From the NCBI GenBank assembly GCA_037443025.1, contig JBBIPD010000002.1:1-37720 (forward strand): a stretch of 37,720 bases of DNA, in the 5' to 3' direction. Below the pieces are notes generated by a model, which saw only the letters and a program-made list of their open reading frames with translations, made no database searches and was not told where the DNA came from. The stretch comes from Chloroflexota bacterium (GTDB lineage Bacteria > Chloroflexota > Anaerolineae > Anaerolineales > UBA4823). Positions 9,975 to 19,312 of the stretch are shown here, one piece after another. A program made the position numbers and the translations under genes. Each line of letters begins with the position of its first letter. Positions within the stretch are counted from its first letter, which is position 1.

Positions 9975-12476
9975 TCAGGCTGCCGCCAACGCTTCGGTGG
10001 GCGGGGAAGACTGCTCTTCGCCGCGGCGCAGTGTGATGGCGCCGTCCACCACATCCACGATGATAACATCGCCGTCCTCGAACTCTCCGCCCAGCATGGC
10101 GTCGGAGAGCGGGTCTTCGACGGTCTGCTGGATAACCCGGCGCAAGGGGCGGGCGCCCATCTCCGGGTCGTACCCCATGTCTGCCAGCATTTCCAGCGCA
10201 GCAGGGGTGGCGGTCAGGGTGATGGCGTGGTCCTCCAGACGTCGCGCCACCTTATCCAGCTCAATCTGGACGATCTTCTGGATGTCGCTCTTGCTCAAAG
10301 AGCGGAAGACGATGACCGAATCCAGGCGGTTGATAAACTCGGGGCGGAAGACACGCTTGAGCGAGTCGAGCAGTTTCTTGCGCATGTCTTCATACGCCAG
10401 GCGTTCTTCCACCTCTTCGTCCTTCTTCAGGGCAAAACCGATGGATGTCTGGCGCTTGATCATATCTGCGCCCACGTTAGAGGTCATAACGATGATGGCG
10501 TTGCGGAAATCCACCTTGCGCCCGCGGGCATCCGAGAGGTGACCTTCTTCCATAATTTGCAAGAGCATATTGTGCGCTTCCGGGTGGGCTTTCTCAATCT
10601 CGTCAAAGACGACGATAGAGTAAGGGCGGCGGCGCAGCGCCTCGGTGAGCTGCCCGGCTTCTTCATAGCCAACATACCCCGGCGGGGCGCCGACCAGGCG
10701 GCTGACAGTATGGCGTTCCATGAACTCGGACATATCGAGCTGAATCAGGGCGTCTTCGCTGCCAAAGAGGAAGCGCGCCATGGCTTTGGTCAGCTCGGTC
10801 TTGCCGACGCCGGTGGGTCCGAGGAAGATGAAGGAGCCGATAGGGCGGCGGGGGTCTTTGAGACCGGCGCGCGCCCGGCGCACTGCCTTGGAAATCGCCT
10901 GGATGGCTTCTTCCTGACCGATGATATACTTGCGCAGTTCATCCTCCATCTGGAGCAGGCGCTGCGACTCCTCCTGGGCGATTTGCATGACCGGCACACC
11001 GGTCCACATCGAGACCACCTCGGCGATATCTTCAGCCGAGACCACCGGGCTGTTTGCCCTGTCCCAGCCGGTGCGCAGGCGCTCGAGCTGGCGCTCCAAA
11101 GCCTCCTGGCGCTCGAGGAAGTCCTGGGCGTCATCGTAACGGTTATCTTCCAGGGCAAGCTCGTGATTGGCGCGCACCTCGCGCAACTGCCGCATCAACT
11201 CTTTGGCGGTCTTGGCGGCGTCGCTCTTGTACATGCGCACCCGAGACGACGATTCATCAATCAGGTCAATCGCCTTATCGGGCAAGAAGCGTTCGGTGAC
11301 ATAACGGGCGGAGAGGTGCACCGCAGCGTCGAGGGCTTCGTCCGAGATGGTCAGACGGTGGTGCTCCTCATAGGCGCTGCGAATGCCGCGCAGGATCTCG
11401 ATGGCTTCCTCTTCGGTCGGCTCTTCGACCATGATTGGTTGAAAACGGCGTTCCAGGGCGGCGTCGCTTTCGATGTGCTTGCGGTATTCGTCCAGGGTGG
11501 TGGCGCCAATCACCTGCAGCTCGCCCCGCGAGAGGGCGGGCTTGAGGATGTTGGCGGCATCCACCGACGAACCGGCGGCTCCTGCCCCCACCAGCATGTG
11601 GACTTCGTCAATGAAGAGGATGGCGCCAGAGGCTTTGAGTTCATCAATGACCCGCTTAAGGCGTTCCTCGAACTGACCGCGATACATCGTTCCGGCGACC
11701 AGGGAACCCACGTCGAGTTGCAAGACGCGCTTGCCCAACAAAGGCGCGGGGACATCAGCGTCCACAATCCGTTGAGCCAAGCCTTCGACGATGGCGGTCT
11801 TGCCCACGCCTGGTTCGCCAATCAGGGCGGGGTTATTTTTGGTGCGCCGGGCTAATATCTGGATGACCCGCTCGATTTCCATCTGTCGCCCGATCACCGG
11901 GTCGAGCTTACCCTCCTCTGCCAGCGAGGTCAGGTCGGTGGCAAGCTGATCCACCATGGGCGTCTTGGCTTTCTGCTGCTCCTGGCGAGAGGTTTTCTGT
12001 TCAGTCGAGGCGGCGGTGCTGGTGCGCCTGGAAGCGCTGCTCTCCTGCAAAACCCGCCGGGTCTGGCGGCGAATCTGTTCGGGGGTGACCCCCATCTTGC
12101 GCAACACATCTAACGCCACGCCCTCGCCATGGCGAACCAATCCTAACAAAAGGTGTTCCGTACCGATATAATGATGCCCCAATCTGCGGGCTTCTTCAAC
12201 TGCGTATTCCAATACCTGTTGGGTGCCCGGCGAGAGGTCGAGCTTGCCTCCCCGGTATTGTCCCGTCCCGGTCATGCGCTCGACCATTTCCTGGACGCGC
12301 TCAACTTCCAACCCAAGCTCGCGCAACACGCGCCCGGCAACGCCTCCCTCCTCGCGAATCAAGCCGAGGAGCAGGTGTTCCGTGCCGATGTAGTTGTGAC
12401 GCATGCGTTCAGCTTCCTGATGAGCCAGGCTCAGCACCCTGCGCGCCCTCTGCGTAAAACGTTCCATGCCAGCCAA
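9975..12476 (-). CDS. clpC: ATP-dependent Clp protease ATP-binding subunit ClpC (class I AAA+)
   Basis: 833 aa. Duplicated Clp_N repeats ([10 protein letters not shown] twice), two P-loops GEPGVGKT and GPTGVGKT, and a middle coiled-coil. The TTG start at 12476 has AGGAGG 6 nt upstream; an alternative ATG is at 12467 ([12 protein letters not shown]). Confidence 0.93.
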   Translation of the reverse strand: MAGMERFTQRARRVLSLAHQEAERMRHNYIGTEHLLLGLIREEGGVAGRVLRELGLEVERVQEMVERMTGTGQYRGGKLDLSPGTQQVLEYAVEEARRLGHHYIGTEHLLLGLVRHGEGVALDVLRKMGVTPEQIRRQTRRVLQESSASRRTSTAASTEQKTSRQEQQKAKTPMVDQLATDLTSLAEEGKLDPVIGRQMEIERVIQILARRTKNNPALIGEPGVGKTAIVEGLAQRIVDADVPAPLLGKRVLQLDVGSLVAGTMYRGQFEERLKRVIDELKASGAILFIDEVHMLVGAGAAGSSVDAANILKPALSRGELQVIGATTLDEYRKHIESDAALERRFQPIMVEEPTEEEAIEILRGIRSAYEEHHRLTISDEALDAAVHLSARYVTERFLPDKAIDLIDESSSRVRMYKSDAAKTAKELMRQLREVRANHELALEDNRYDDAQDFLERQEALERQLERLRTGWDRANSPVVSAEDIAEVVSMWTGVPVMQIAQEESQRLLQMEDELRKYIIGQEEAIQAISKAVRRARAGLKDPRRPIGSFIFLGPTGVGKTELTKAMARFLFGSEDALIQLDMSEFMERHTVSRLVGAPPGYVGYEEAGQLTEALRRRPYSIVVFDEIEKAHPEAHNMLLQIMEEGHLSDARGRKVDFRNAIIVMTSNVGADMIKRQTSIGFALKKDEEVEERLAYEDMRKKLLDSLKRVFRPEFINRLDSVIVFRSLSKSDIQKIVQIELDKVARRLEDHAITLTATPAALEMLADMGYDPEMGARPLRRVIQQTVEDPLSDAMLGGEFEDGDVIIVDVVDGAITLRRGEEQSSPPTEALAAA

Positions 12477-12635
12477 GGCATACCTCCTAATTTGAAAAAC
12501 AATAATTCTTTGCTAACTTCTGAGTTTGATTATGAGACATATTGTCCCAATTGGATTCTACCAGAGATTGCCCGATGAAAAAGTGTTTTTAGCAATCAAA
12601 GGAGTAAGGTTAATACAATTCTTATGTATGGCAAA

Positions 12636-12658
12636 AGCGCACCCATAACAGGTGCGCT
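12636..12658 (-). terminator. rho-independent terminator downstream of rpsA
   Basis: AGCGCACC / GGTGCGCT 8-bp stem with a 7-nt loop, followed on the minus strand by TTTTGCC. Confidence 0.7.
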
Positions 12659-12698
12659 GCATATCTCGACTGATTACCCCGAGGGGGTTTGGCGGGGA

Positions 12699-14075
12699 TC
12701 AATCCGCCTGCTCTTCACCTTCTTCGGCAGGAGGAGATACCTGCTCTTCCTGCTCAGGCGCTTCAACTAACGAAGGCGGCTCTGTCTCGATAGTCGCTTC
12801 AACCGCCGGAGGCTCTTCTTTGCTCTCCATCACCTCTTCAACCACCTCTTCAACCTCTTCCGCCAGTTCCATTTTCCAATCCAGGTCGGAATAGGCGGCG
12901 GAGTCCACTTTGCGCAGACTCAAGCCAATCCGCCGGCGCTCAGGGTCAATCTTGATCACCCGCAGGGTGACCTCATCGCCTTCTTTCACAACCTCTTTAG
13001 GATGATTGATACGGTGCTCGCTCAGCTCGGAGATATGAATCAAGCCCTCCAGGTCATCATCCAGGCGGGCAAACGCCCCAAACTTGGTCAGGTGGGTGAC
13101 CTTTGCCTCGATCAATTGCCCTTCTTTTATATGCTCCACCCGCTTCAACCAGGGGTCGGGCTGCAACTGGCGGATGGAGAGCCCGATTCGCTTGCGTTCC
13201 TGGTCAATGCTGATGACTTTGACCTCAACTTCCTGCCCCACCTTGAGCACCTCGTTGGGGTGCTGAATCCGTTCCCAGGAGATTTCAGAGAGATGCACCA
13301 GCCCATCCGCCCCGTCAATATTGACGAAGGCGCCGAAATCCGCCACGCTGGTCACCCGACCCTTGCGCACATCGCCTTCTTTCAACTCTTCCAGGAGGCG
13401 ATCCTTCAATGTCTCACGGGTCTCTTGCAGAGCGGCGCGTTCGGATAAGATCAGGCGGCGTCGCTCGCGGTCCACCTCGATCACCCGCACCTGGATTGCA
13501 TCCCCCACCATCTTTCCCCAGCGCTGGTCGGGGGTATCGCCCGTGAGGCTGGCGCGCCTCAGCAGGCTGATTTGTGAAGCAGGGACAAACCCGCGTAAAC
13601 GCCCCAAAGGAACCAGCAGCCCCCCCTTGTTAAAGCCGATGATCTTGCTTTCGAACACCTTCGAAGATGCAAGAAGATCTTCGGCTTCCTGCCAATCTTT
13701 CTCCTCCCTGGCTCGCAAGTAGGAGAGGACGACATTGCCGTTGGCGTCTTCGGGGGTGAGCACATAAACCGGAATCTCTGCGCCGACAGAGAACGTAGCT
13801 CGCTCCTCGGCAGGGATTTGCTCGAACTCTCTGCCAGAGATGACGCCCTCAGATTTTGTGCCGACGCTGACCAGGATTTCATTCTCACCGATGGTGGCGA
13901 TGGTGCCAATGCGAATCTCGCCCTGCTTGGGAAAATCCAAACCCAAACCCTCTTCACTCAAGAGGGTTTCCATGGAGGCGTTCTCCTGGTTGGCTTTCGG
14001 TTCGGCTTGCTCACGATCTGCCTGGTTGTATTCGCTTTCCTCCCCCTGACCCTTTAGGACATCATTTTGATCCAT
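12699..14075 (-). CDS. rpsA: 30S ribosomal protein S1 (four S1/OB repeats, acidic C-terminal tail)
   Basis: 458 aa. Four repeated S1 motifs (for example G.V..V..FGAFV......GL.H.SE). Glu-rich tail EEVEEVVEEV...PAEEGEEQAD. Confidence 0.9.
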   Translation of the reverse strand: MDQNDVLKGQGEESEYNQADREQAEPKANQENASMETLLSEEGLGLDFPKQGEIRIGTIATIGENEILVSVGTKSEGVISGREFEQIPAEERATFSVGAEIPVYVLTPEDANGNVVLSYLRAREEKDWQEAEDLLASSKVFESKIIGFNKGGLLVPLGRLRGFVPASQISLLRRASLTGDTPDQRWGKMVGDAIQVRVIEVDRERRRLILSERAALQETRETLKDRLLEELKEGDVRKGRVTSVADFGAFVNIDGADGLVHLSEISWERIQHPNEVLKVGQEVEVKVISIDQERKRIGLSIRQLQPDPWLKRVEHIKEGQLIEAKVTHLTKFGAFARLDDDLEGLIHISELSEHRINHPKEVVKEGDEVTLRVIKIDPERRRIGLSLRKVDSAAYSDLDWKMELAEEVEEVVEEVMESKEEPPAVEATIETEPPSLVEAPEQEEQVSPPAEEGEEQAD

Positions 14076-14146
14076 ATAAAAACGAACTCCGAATTCGAAT
14101 AAGATATGGGCAACATTATAAAGCGGATAGACAATCTTTGCAACCT

Positions 14147-14175
14147 TTGTGATAAGATTGAGACTCGATTATAAT
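14147..14175 (+). promoter_or_regulatory. putative sigma70-type promoter for the chlI-like operon
   Basis: TTGTGA (14147-14152), a 17-nt spacer, then TATAAT (14170-14175), 18 nt upstream of the ATG at 14193. Confidence 0.45.
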
Positions 14176-14192
14176 CAAGATTGAGGAGTAAA

Positions 14193-15296
14193 ATGCCGCC
14201 AATTTATCCGTTTACGGCGATTGTTGGTCAGGAACGCATGAAGCGTGCTCTCGTTCTCAATGCGGTGGATCCGCGCATTGGGGGCGTACTGATTCGCGGG
14301 GAACGCGGCACGGCAAAATCAACTGCGGCGCGCGCTCTGGCGGCGTTGTTGCCTCGGGTGGCGGTGGTGAGCGACTGCCGCTTTAGCTGCGATCCAGACC
14401 GCCCCACGACCTGGTGCACCGAATGCCGTGAAAGGGTCGCCAGGGGTGAAAAGCTGCCGGTAGAACTGCGCACCACGCCGTTTGTCAATCTCCCTGTCTC
14501 CGCGACCGAGGATCGGGTGGTTGGTACCTTGGATATCGAGAAGGCGATTCAAAAAGGCGAGCGCCACTTCGAGCCGGGCGTCCTGGCTTCCGCCAACCGG
14601 GGGCTGCTGTATATTGACGAGGTCAACCTGCTGGATGATCACGTGGTGGACCTGCTGCTCGACTCGGCAGCCATGGGAATGAACATCGTCGAACGGGAGG
14701 GGATTTCTTTCTCCCACCCGGCGCGCTTTATCCTGGTAGGCACCATGAACCCTGAAGAGGGCGACCTGCGCCCCCAACTGCTCGACCGCTTTGCCCTCTC
14801 GGTGGAAATCCACGGCATTCGAGACGCCCGGGAGCGGGTCTTGATTATCGAACGCAACCTGGCATACGAAGCCGATCCCGACGCTTTTCGCGAACAATGG
14901 CTCCCCCAAGAAAACGAACTCTCGCGCCAGATTGAGCAAGCGCGCAATCTGATTGACCAGGTCAGATATTCTCGCCGCGATCTGCTTTCCATCGCTGCCC
15001 TGAGCGCCTCTCTCAATGTGGATGGACATCGCGCCGATTTGGTCATCTTAAAAACCGCCCGCGCCCACGCCGCATTTGAAGGACGAGATGCGATTACCGA
15101 TAGGGATATTGCCCTGGCGGCAGAACTGGCTCTGCCGCACCGTATCAAGCGTGGTCCTTTCTACCAGGCTGAAATCTCGATGGAAGATCTGCAGGAACGC
15201 ATCGAGCAATTGCAGGGCGCCACCTCAGCCGCAGGCGAACCGGAGATGGTTCCTGACGAGAGGCAAACCGAGAGTCGCGAAAAAAAAAAGAGGTGA
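14193..15296 (+). CDS. ChlI/BchI-type AAA+ ATPase (Mg-/Co-chelatase I-subunit family)
   Basis: Strong ChlI-like blocks: Walker A GERGTAKST, TEDRVVGTLDIEKAI, EPGVLASANRGLLYIDEVNLLDDHVVDLLLD, REGISFSHPARFILVGTMNPEEGDLRPQLLDRF, LNVDGHRADL. The ATG at 14193 follows GAGGAG; the tracked TTG at 14181 is probably not the start. Confidence 0.9.
   Translation: MPPIYPFTAIVGQERMKRALVLNAVDPRIGGVLIRGERGTAKSTAARALAALLPRVAVVSDCRFSCDPDRPTTWCTECRERVARGEKLPVELRTTPFVNLPVSATEDRVVGTLDIEKAIQKGERHFEPGVLASANRGLLYIDEVNLLDDHVVDLLLDSAAMGMNIVEREGISFSHPARFILVGTMNPEEGDLRPQLLDRFALSVEIHGIRDARERVLIIERNLAYEADPDAFREQWLPQENELSRQIEQARNLIDQVRYSRRDLLSIAALSASLNVDGHRADLVILKTARAHAAFEGRDAITDRDIALAAELALPHRIKRGPFYQAEISMEDLQERIEQLQGATSAAGEPEMVPDERQTESREKKKR
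15280..15290 (+). other. A10 homopolymer containing an in-frame A_AAA_AAG slippery heptamer, 4 nt upstream of the chlI-like stop
   Basis: Zero frame reads GAA AAA AAA AAG AGG TGA. The heptamer A AAA AAG occupies 15284-15290. The -1 frame is open from 15257 and is the vWA ORF frame. Confidence 0.9.
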
Positions 15297-16240
15297 GCCC
15301 AGAGATACGGGAAGAGGTCTCTGAGAAACTGCCCTCCGAGCCATCCGCCCAGAAAGTCTTCGACAGCGGGACAGCCAACTGGTGGGAAGGCGGCGAGAAG
15401 GTCAAAATTGGGCAGCCATTTGTCCCCCGCAAAATTGAAAACCCCTTAGATCGCATCACCCGCCGCCAGGGTGGGCGACGCTCGCACAGCCGCACCGATC
15501 GCAAGCGAGGGCGTTACATCCAGGCGCGCCCCTCTCCCGGCAAGGCTGACGACCTGGCTTTCGATGCCACCCTGCGGGCGGCGGCGCCTTTCCAAAAACA
15601 ACGCAGCGAACAACGCAAGCGAGTGGCATTTGCCATCCGCTCCGACGACTACCAAAAAAAGGTGCGGGTGAAGAAAACCGCCAATCTGGTGCTTTTTGTG
15701 GTTGACGCATCCTGGTCTATGGCGGTTGCGGAACGAATGACAGCCACCAAAGGGGCTATCCTGTCTTTGCTTACCGACGCCTATCAACGCCGAGACCGGG
15801 TAGGCTTGGTGGTATTCCAGAAAGACCGCGCCACATTGGTGCTGACCCCCACCAACTCAATTCAATTAGCGCAGCGCGCCCTGGCAGATATCCCCGTGGG
15901 CGGCAAGACTCCGCTCTCAGCCGGCTTATACCTGGCGCACCAGATCATCCAGAAAGAGCGCATCGTCCACCCGGATGTGATGCCCTTGATTATCCTCCTC
16001 ACCGATGGGGCGGGCAACGTCTCGATGACCAATCTGCCTCCCCAGGAGGAGGCTCACCGGATTGCAGAAAGCATCGCCGAAGATGATATCCGCTGTGTGG
16101 TGATCAACATGGAACACGCTGCTTTCGATCAGGGTCTGGCGCAAAGCCTGGCAGATCATCTGAAGGCGCCGTGTTATACCTTGAGCGAACTGAAAGCCGA
16201 GGCGCTCTATCAACGCGTCCGCCAAGAAATGGCTTCATGA
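15293..16240 (+). CDS. vWA-domain protein equal to the C-terminal half of ChlD/BchD (linker plus MIDAS vWA), lacking its own AAA+ domain
   Basis: ChlD-like blocks GRR...RGRY, DLAFDATLRAAAPFQ, MIDAS VVDASWSM, GGKTPL and LTDGAGN. Only a GTG start overlapping the upstream stop (GTGA), with no spaced SD. No internal Met before the vWA core. Confidence 0.85.
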   Translation: MSPEIREEVSEKLPSEPSAQKVFDSGTANWWEGGEKVKIGQPFVPRKIENPLDRITRRQGGRRSHSRTDRKRGRYIQARPSPGKADDLAFDATLRAAAPFQKQRSEQRKRVAFAIRSDDYQKKVRVKKTANLVLFVVDASWSMAVAERMTATKGAILSLLTDAYQRRDRVGLVVFQKDRATLVLTPTNSIQLAQRALADIPVGGKTPLSAGLYLAHQIIQKERIVHPDVMPLIILLTDGAGNVSMTNLPPQEEAHRIAESIAEDDIRCVVINMEHAAFDQGLAQSLADHLKAPCYTLSELKAEALYQRVRQEMAS

Positions 16241-16241
16241 A

Positions 16242-17405
16242 ATGCCCTCTCCAGCTATCCGCCTGAAAAGCTTTACCGAATCGGTTATCAACCAGATGAA
16301 CCTCCTTGCCGAAGAGCATGGGGCGATCAACCTGGCTTCCGGTTACCCGGATTTTGACCCGCCCGAGGAGCTGCTGAAAGCAGCGGAACAGGCGTTGCGC
16401 TCCGGTTTCAACCAATACGCCATCCCCTGGGGATCACCGCGCCTGCGCCAGGCGCTGGCAAGTAAGCTGGAACGGTTCATGGGGTTAGAGATAGACTCTG
16501 AAGCGCATCTGACGGTGACCTGCGGCGGCACCGAAGCGATGATTGCGGCGATCCTGGCGGTTTGCGACCCCGGCGACCGGGTGATCGTCTTTTCGCCTCG
16601 TTACGAGACCTATGGTCCGGATATGGAACTGGCAGGCGCTCAGCCGATATTTGTCCCCCTTCACCCTCCAGAGTTCAATTTCGACCCAACTGAACTGCGA
16701 CAGGCGTTCCAAAAAGGGGTGAAAGCCCTGGTGTTATGCAACCCATCCAATCCTTGTGGCAAAGTCTTCTCTCTTGATGAACTGAGACTGATTGGCGATC
16801 TTGCCCGAGAATACGACGCCTACCTGATCACCGATGAGGTCTATGAGCACATTGTCTATGAGCCTTATCATCATACTTATCTCGCCAGCCTGCCAGGTCT
16901 GTTTGAACGGGTCATTTCATGCAGCTCGCTCTCCAAGACCTACGCCATCACCGGCTGGCGGCTGGGTTATATCCTCGCCTCGGAGGAGATCACCCGGGCG
17001 GTGCGCAAGATACACGATTATCTGACCCTGGGAGCTGCCGCTCCTCTTCAGGAAGCTGCCGTCACAGCCCTGGGCTTCCCCGATTCTTATTATCATCAAT
17101 TGCAGGTCGAGTACACCCAGCGCCGCGATTTGTTTTTCAGCCTCCTGGATGAAGCGGGGCTGGAATATCTTCGACCACAGGGGGCGTATTTTACTCTGGT
17201 GGATATCTCTCGACTGCCATTCAAGGATGACACTTCCTTCTGCTATTGGCTGGCGGAACAGGTTGGGGTCGCCGGTGTGCCCGGTTCATATTTTTTCAAT
17301 GAGCCTATTCAACACTATGTGCGCCTGAACTTTGCCAAGAGCCTCCCCACGCTGACCGAGGCGGGGCTGCGCCTGGGTAAACTTCATCAAAAACTTCCGC
17401 GTTAG
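16242..17405 (+). CDS. class-I PLP aminotransferase (YbdL/kynurenine-methionine aminotransferase-like)
   Basis: 387 aa. N-terminus INLASGYPDF, then NPSNPCGK, and PLP-lysine motif SLSKTYAITGWRLGY. Starts 1 nt after the vWA stop. Confidence 0.88.
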   Translation: MPSPAIRLKSFTESVINQMNLLAEEHGAINLASGYPDFDPPEELLKAAEQALRSGFNQYAIPWGSPRLRQALASKLERFMGLEIDSEAHLTVTCGGTEAMIAAILAVCDPGDRVIVFSPRYETYGPDMELAGAQPIFVPLHPPEFNFDPTELRQAFQKGVKALVLCNPSNPCGKVFSLDELRLIGDLAREYDAYLITDEVYEHIVYEPYHHTYLASLPGLFERVISCSSLSKTYAITGWRLGYILASEEITRAVRKIHDYLTLGAAAPLQEAAVTALGFPDSYYHQLQVEYTQRRDLFFSLLDEAGLEYLRPQGAYFTLVDISRLPFKDDTSFCYWLAEQVGVAGVPGSYFFNEPIQHYVRLNFAKSLPTLTEAGLRLGKLHQKLPR

Positions 17406-17413
17406 ACCCAACA

Positions 17414-18943
17414 ATGCCTCGCTTGCTCGTCATCCCCCTGATTTTCTGCCTGATGACGACAGGGCTGGTTTCCTGCGCCACAGGCTGGGGTGAAACCCAG
17501 ATAGCAAATCAAGAAAACCCGAGCAAGACGCAACCCATCCTGGCAACTCCGTCTCCCGCGCCGACATTGACTCAACCAACACAGCCGAAGACTCCCCCGC
17601 CGGCGTTGGATGCTACCCCTCCCCCAACCGAGAACGAGAGCCTGCCCATCCCGCTCTACCAGCTCACAGCAGCGTTGAATTATAACCAGCACTACCTCGC
17701 AGTTGACGAAAAGATCCGCTACACCAACCGTCAAGCCGAGCCGTTGACCGACCTGCGCCTGATGGTTGACCCCCTGTATTATCCGGGCGTATTCAACCTC
17801 AAGAGCATGTATTGGGGAGACAACCAGCCCGTGGCTGATTATCAAATCGAACCCGGGCAAATCTCGATTAACTTGCCTCAACCATTGCCGCCAGGGGAAT
17901 ATCTCGAACTTTCTCTCAATTACGAATTATTCATGCCCTCTCCCCAACCCTCAGTCGAAGTGCGCCCCATTCCCTTTGGATACACGGCGCGTCAGATAAA
18001 CTTTGTGGACTGGTATCCCTTTATTCCGCCCTATATTCCCGGCACAGGCTGGCTGGCGCACCGGGCGGGTTTCTTTGGCGAACATCTGGTTTATGAAATC
18101 GCCGACTTTGAGGTCAATATCCACCTGAGCGAAGCCACGCCAGAGGTCATTCTGGCAGCCAGCGCTCCCGCCCTTCGAGATGGAGAGTGGTATCGCTACC
18201 AACACAAAGCGGCGCGCAATTTTGCCTGGTCTGCCAGCCCCGATTACCAGGTGTACACCGCCAAAGTAGGGGAGACAACAATCCAAAGCTACACCTTTCC
18301 CTATCACGCAGCCGCCGGACAGGCAGCTTTGGAGACAACCGCCGAAGCGCTAACCCTCTTCAGTGATTTGTATGGCGCTTATCCCAGATCGCTTCTCTCG
18401 GTCGTGGAAGCCGATTTTCTCGACGGTATGGAATATGATGGTCTGTATTTTTTAAGCAACGGTTTTTACAACCTTTACCAGGGCACTCCAGGAGAATACC
18501 TGGCGGCTATCGCCGCCCATGAGACAGCTCACCAATGGTTCTACGCCCTTGTGGCTAACGATCAGGCGCTTGAGCCCTGGTTGGATGAGGCGCTTTGCAC
18601 TTATCATGAGCACATCTACTACGAAAAACTCCATCCCGAAGCGTTAGATTGGTGGTGGACATATCGCGTTAATTATTACCAGCCTCGCGGCTGGGTGGAT
18701 GGAAGCATCTACAACCCCGAGGGATATCGCGCTTATCGGGATGCGGTCTATCTGAACGGAGCCAGATTTCTGGAAGAACTGCGCTCTGAGATTGGGGATA
18801 ATACTTTCTTTGCCTTCCTATCCGATTATGTCAACCAGACCAAAGGACAAATTGCGACGGCTGAGATATTTTTTGATATTCTCAACCAACACACCACGGT
18901 AGATTTATCTGAATTGGTAGGAACGTATTTTGAGTCCCGTTGA
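17414..18943 (+). CDS. lipoprotein M1-family (gluzincin) metallopeptidase
   Basis: HETAH-X18-E zinc motif (HETAHQWFYALVANDQALEPWLDE). Lipobox LVSC in the signal peptide MPRLLVIPLIFCLMTTGLVSC, followed by a Pro/Thr-rich tether. Starts 8 nt after the aminotransferase stop. Confidence 0.8.
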   Translation: MPRLLVIPLIFCLMTTGLVSCATGWGETQIANQENPSKTQPILATPSPAPTLTQPTQPKTPPPALDATPPPTENESLPIPLYQLTAALNYNQHYLAVDEKIRYTNRQAEPLTDLRLMVDPLYYPGVFNLKSMYWGDNQPVADYQIEPGQISINLPQPLPPGEYLELSLNYELFMPSPQPSVEVRPIPFGYTARQINFVDWYPFIPPYIPGTGWLAHRAGFFGEHLVYEIADFEVNIHLSEATPEVILAASAPALRDGEWYRYQHKAARNFAWSASPDYQVYTAKVGETTIQSYTFPYHAAAGQAALETTAEALTLFSDLYGAYPRSLLSVVEADFLDGMEYDGLYFLSNGFYNLYQGTPGEYLAAIAAHETAHQWFYALVANDQALEPWLDEALCTYHEHIYYEKLHPEALDWWWTYRVNYYQPRGWVDGSIYNPEGYRAYRDAVYLNGARFLEELRSEIGDNTFFAFLSDYVNQTKGQIATAEIFFDILNQHTTVDLSELVGTYFESR

Positions 18944-19108
18944 GGTCTGGATTTGTTGATGGGATAATAGATGTCAGGACTCTTATAAGTTAATTATCGT
19001 CGTCGTAGTAGAGGCTGTGGATATGTGGAGAACCCCAAGATGGGGAGAAATGAACCTGAGATATGGGGTATCCATCGGCTCGATTACCCAGATAAGGGGG
19101 GATTTTTA

Positions 19109-19147
19109 ATAAAAAGTATCCCTGTCGCTGTGGGGATAAAAAGTATC
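19109..19147 (+). repeat. AT-rich 12-mer direct repeat ATAAAAAGTATC x2 (possible unwinding-element repeats)
   Basis: Identical copies at 19109-19120 and 19136-19147, flanking the TGGGGATAA box. Embedded in GATTTTTAATAAAAAG. Confidence 0.6.
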
Positions 19148-19282
19148 AAAACAGATATGAAAATAACATCTCATCACCAATCCGGTTATGTGGGAGACCC
19201 ATATCTCTGACCCCCATATATAGGGGGTAGGCAAAAATTAATATCTCGCACAAAAGAGCGAGTTTTCCCCAAAAGGGGAGAG

Positions 19283-19291
19283 TTATCCACA
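19283..19291 (+). promoter_or_regulatory. perfect consensus DnaA box TTATCCACA (within 13-nt repeat GAGTTATCCACAG)
   Basis: Exact 9/9 match to the consensus. The repeat unit GAGTTATCCACAG occupies 19280-19292. Confidence 0.75.
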
Positions 19292-19303
19292 GAAATCCGC
19301 GAG

Positions 19304-19312
19304 TTATCCACA
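19304..19312 (+). promoter_or_regulatory. perfect consensus DnaA box TTATCCACA (second copy, 21 bp from the first)
   Basis: Exact 9/9 match. GAGTTATCCACAG is repeated at 19301-19313, same orientation, two helical turns from the first copy. Confidence 0.75.

Noticed and set aside
9963-11855. 630-aa plus-strand ORF
   Set aside because: It is entirely antisense to clpC, whose product has unmistakable AAA+ motifs. Its translation is low-complexity and Gly/Arg/Ala-rich, as is typical of shadow ORFs in GC-rich DNA.
12477-12635. clpC upstream leader, checked for CtsR boxes (GGTCAAA direct repeat) and CIRCE (TTAGCACTC-N9-GAGTGCTAA)
   Set aside because: No convincing match to either operator was found by eye. 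Only an rpsA terminator and an AT-rich stretch are present.
14639-14654. CACGTG-containing 16-mer TGATCACGTGGTGGAC, checked as a third parS
   Set aside because: It matches the parS consensus only at the central CACGTG and a few flanking bases, and it lies inside the chlI-like CDS. It is not a credible parS.
19025-19210. 61-aa ORF inside the AT-rich island (and the antisense ORF 19411-19689)
   Set aside because: No RBS. It overlaps the DnaA-box and AT-repeat region, and its composition is that of non-coding DNA. A real micro-ORF cannot be fully excluded.
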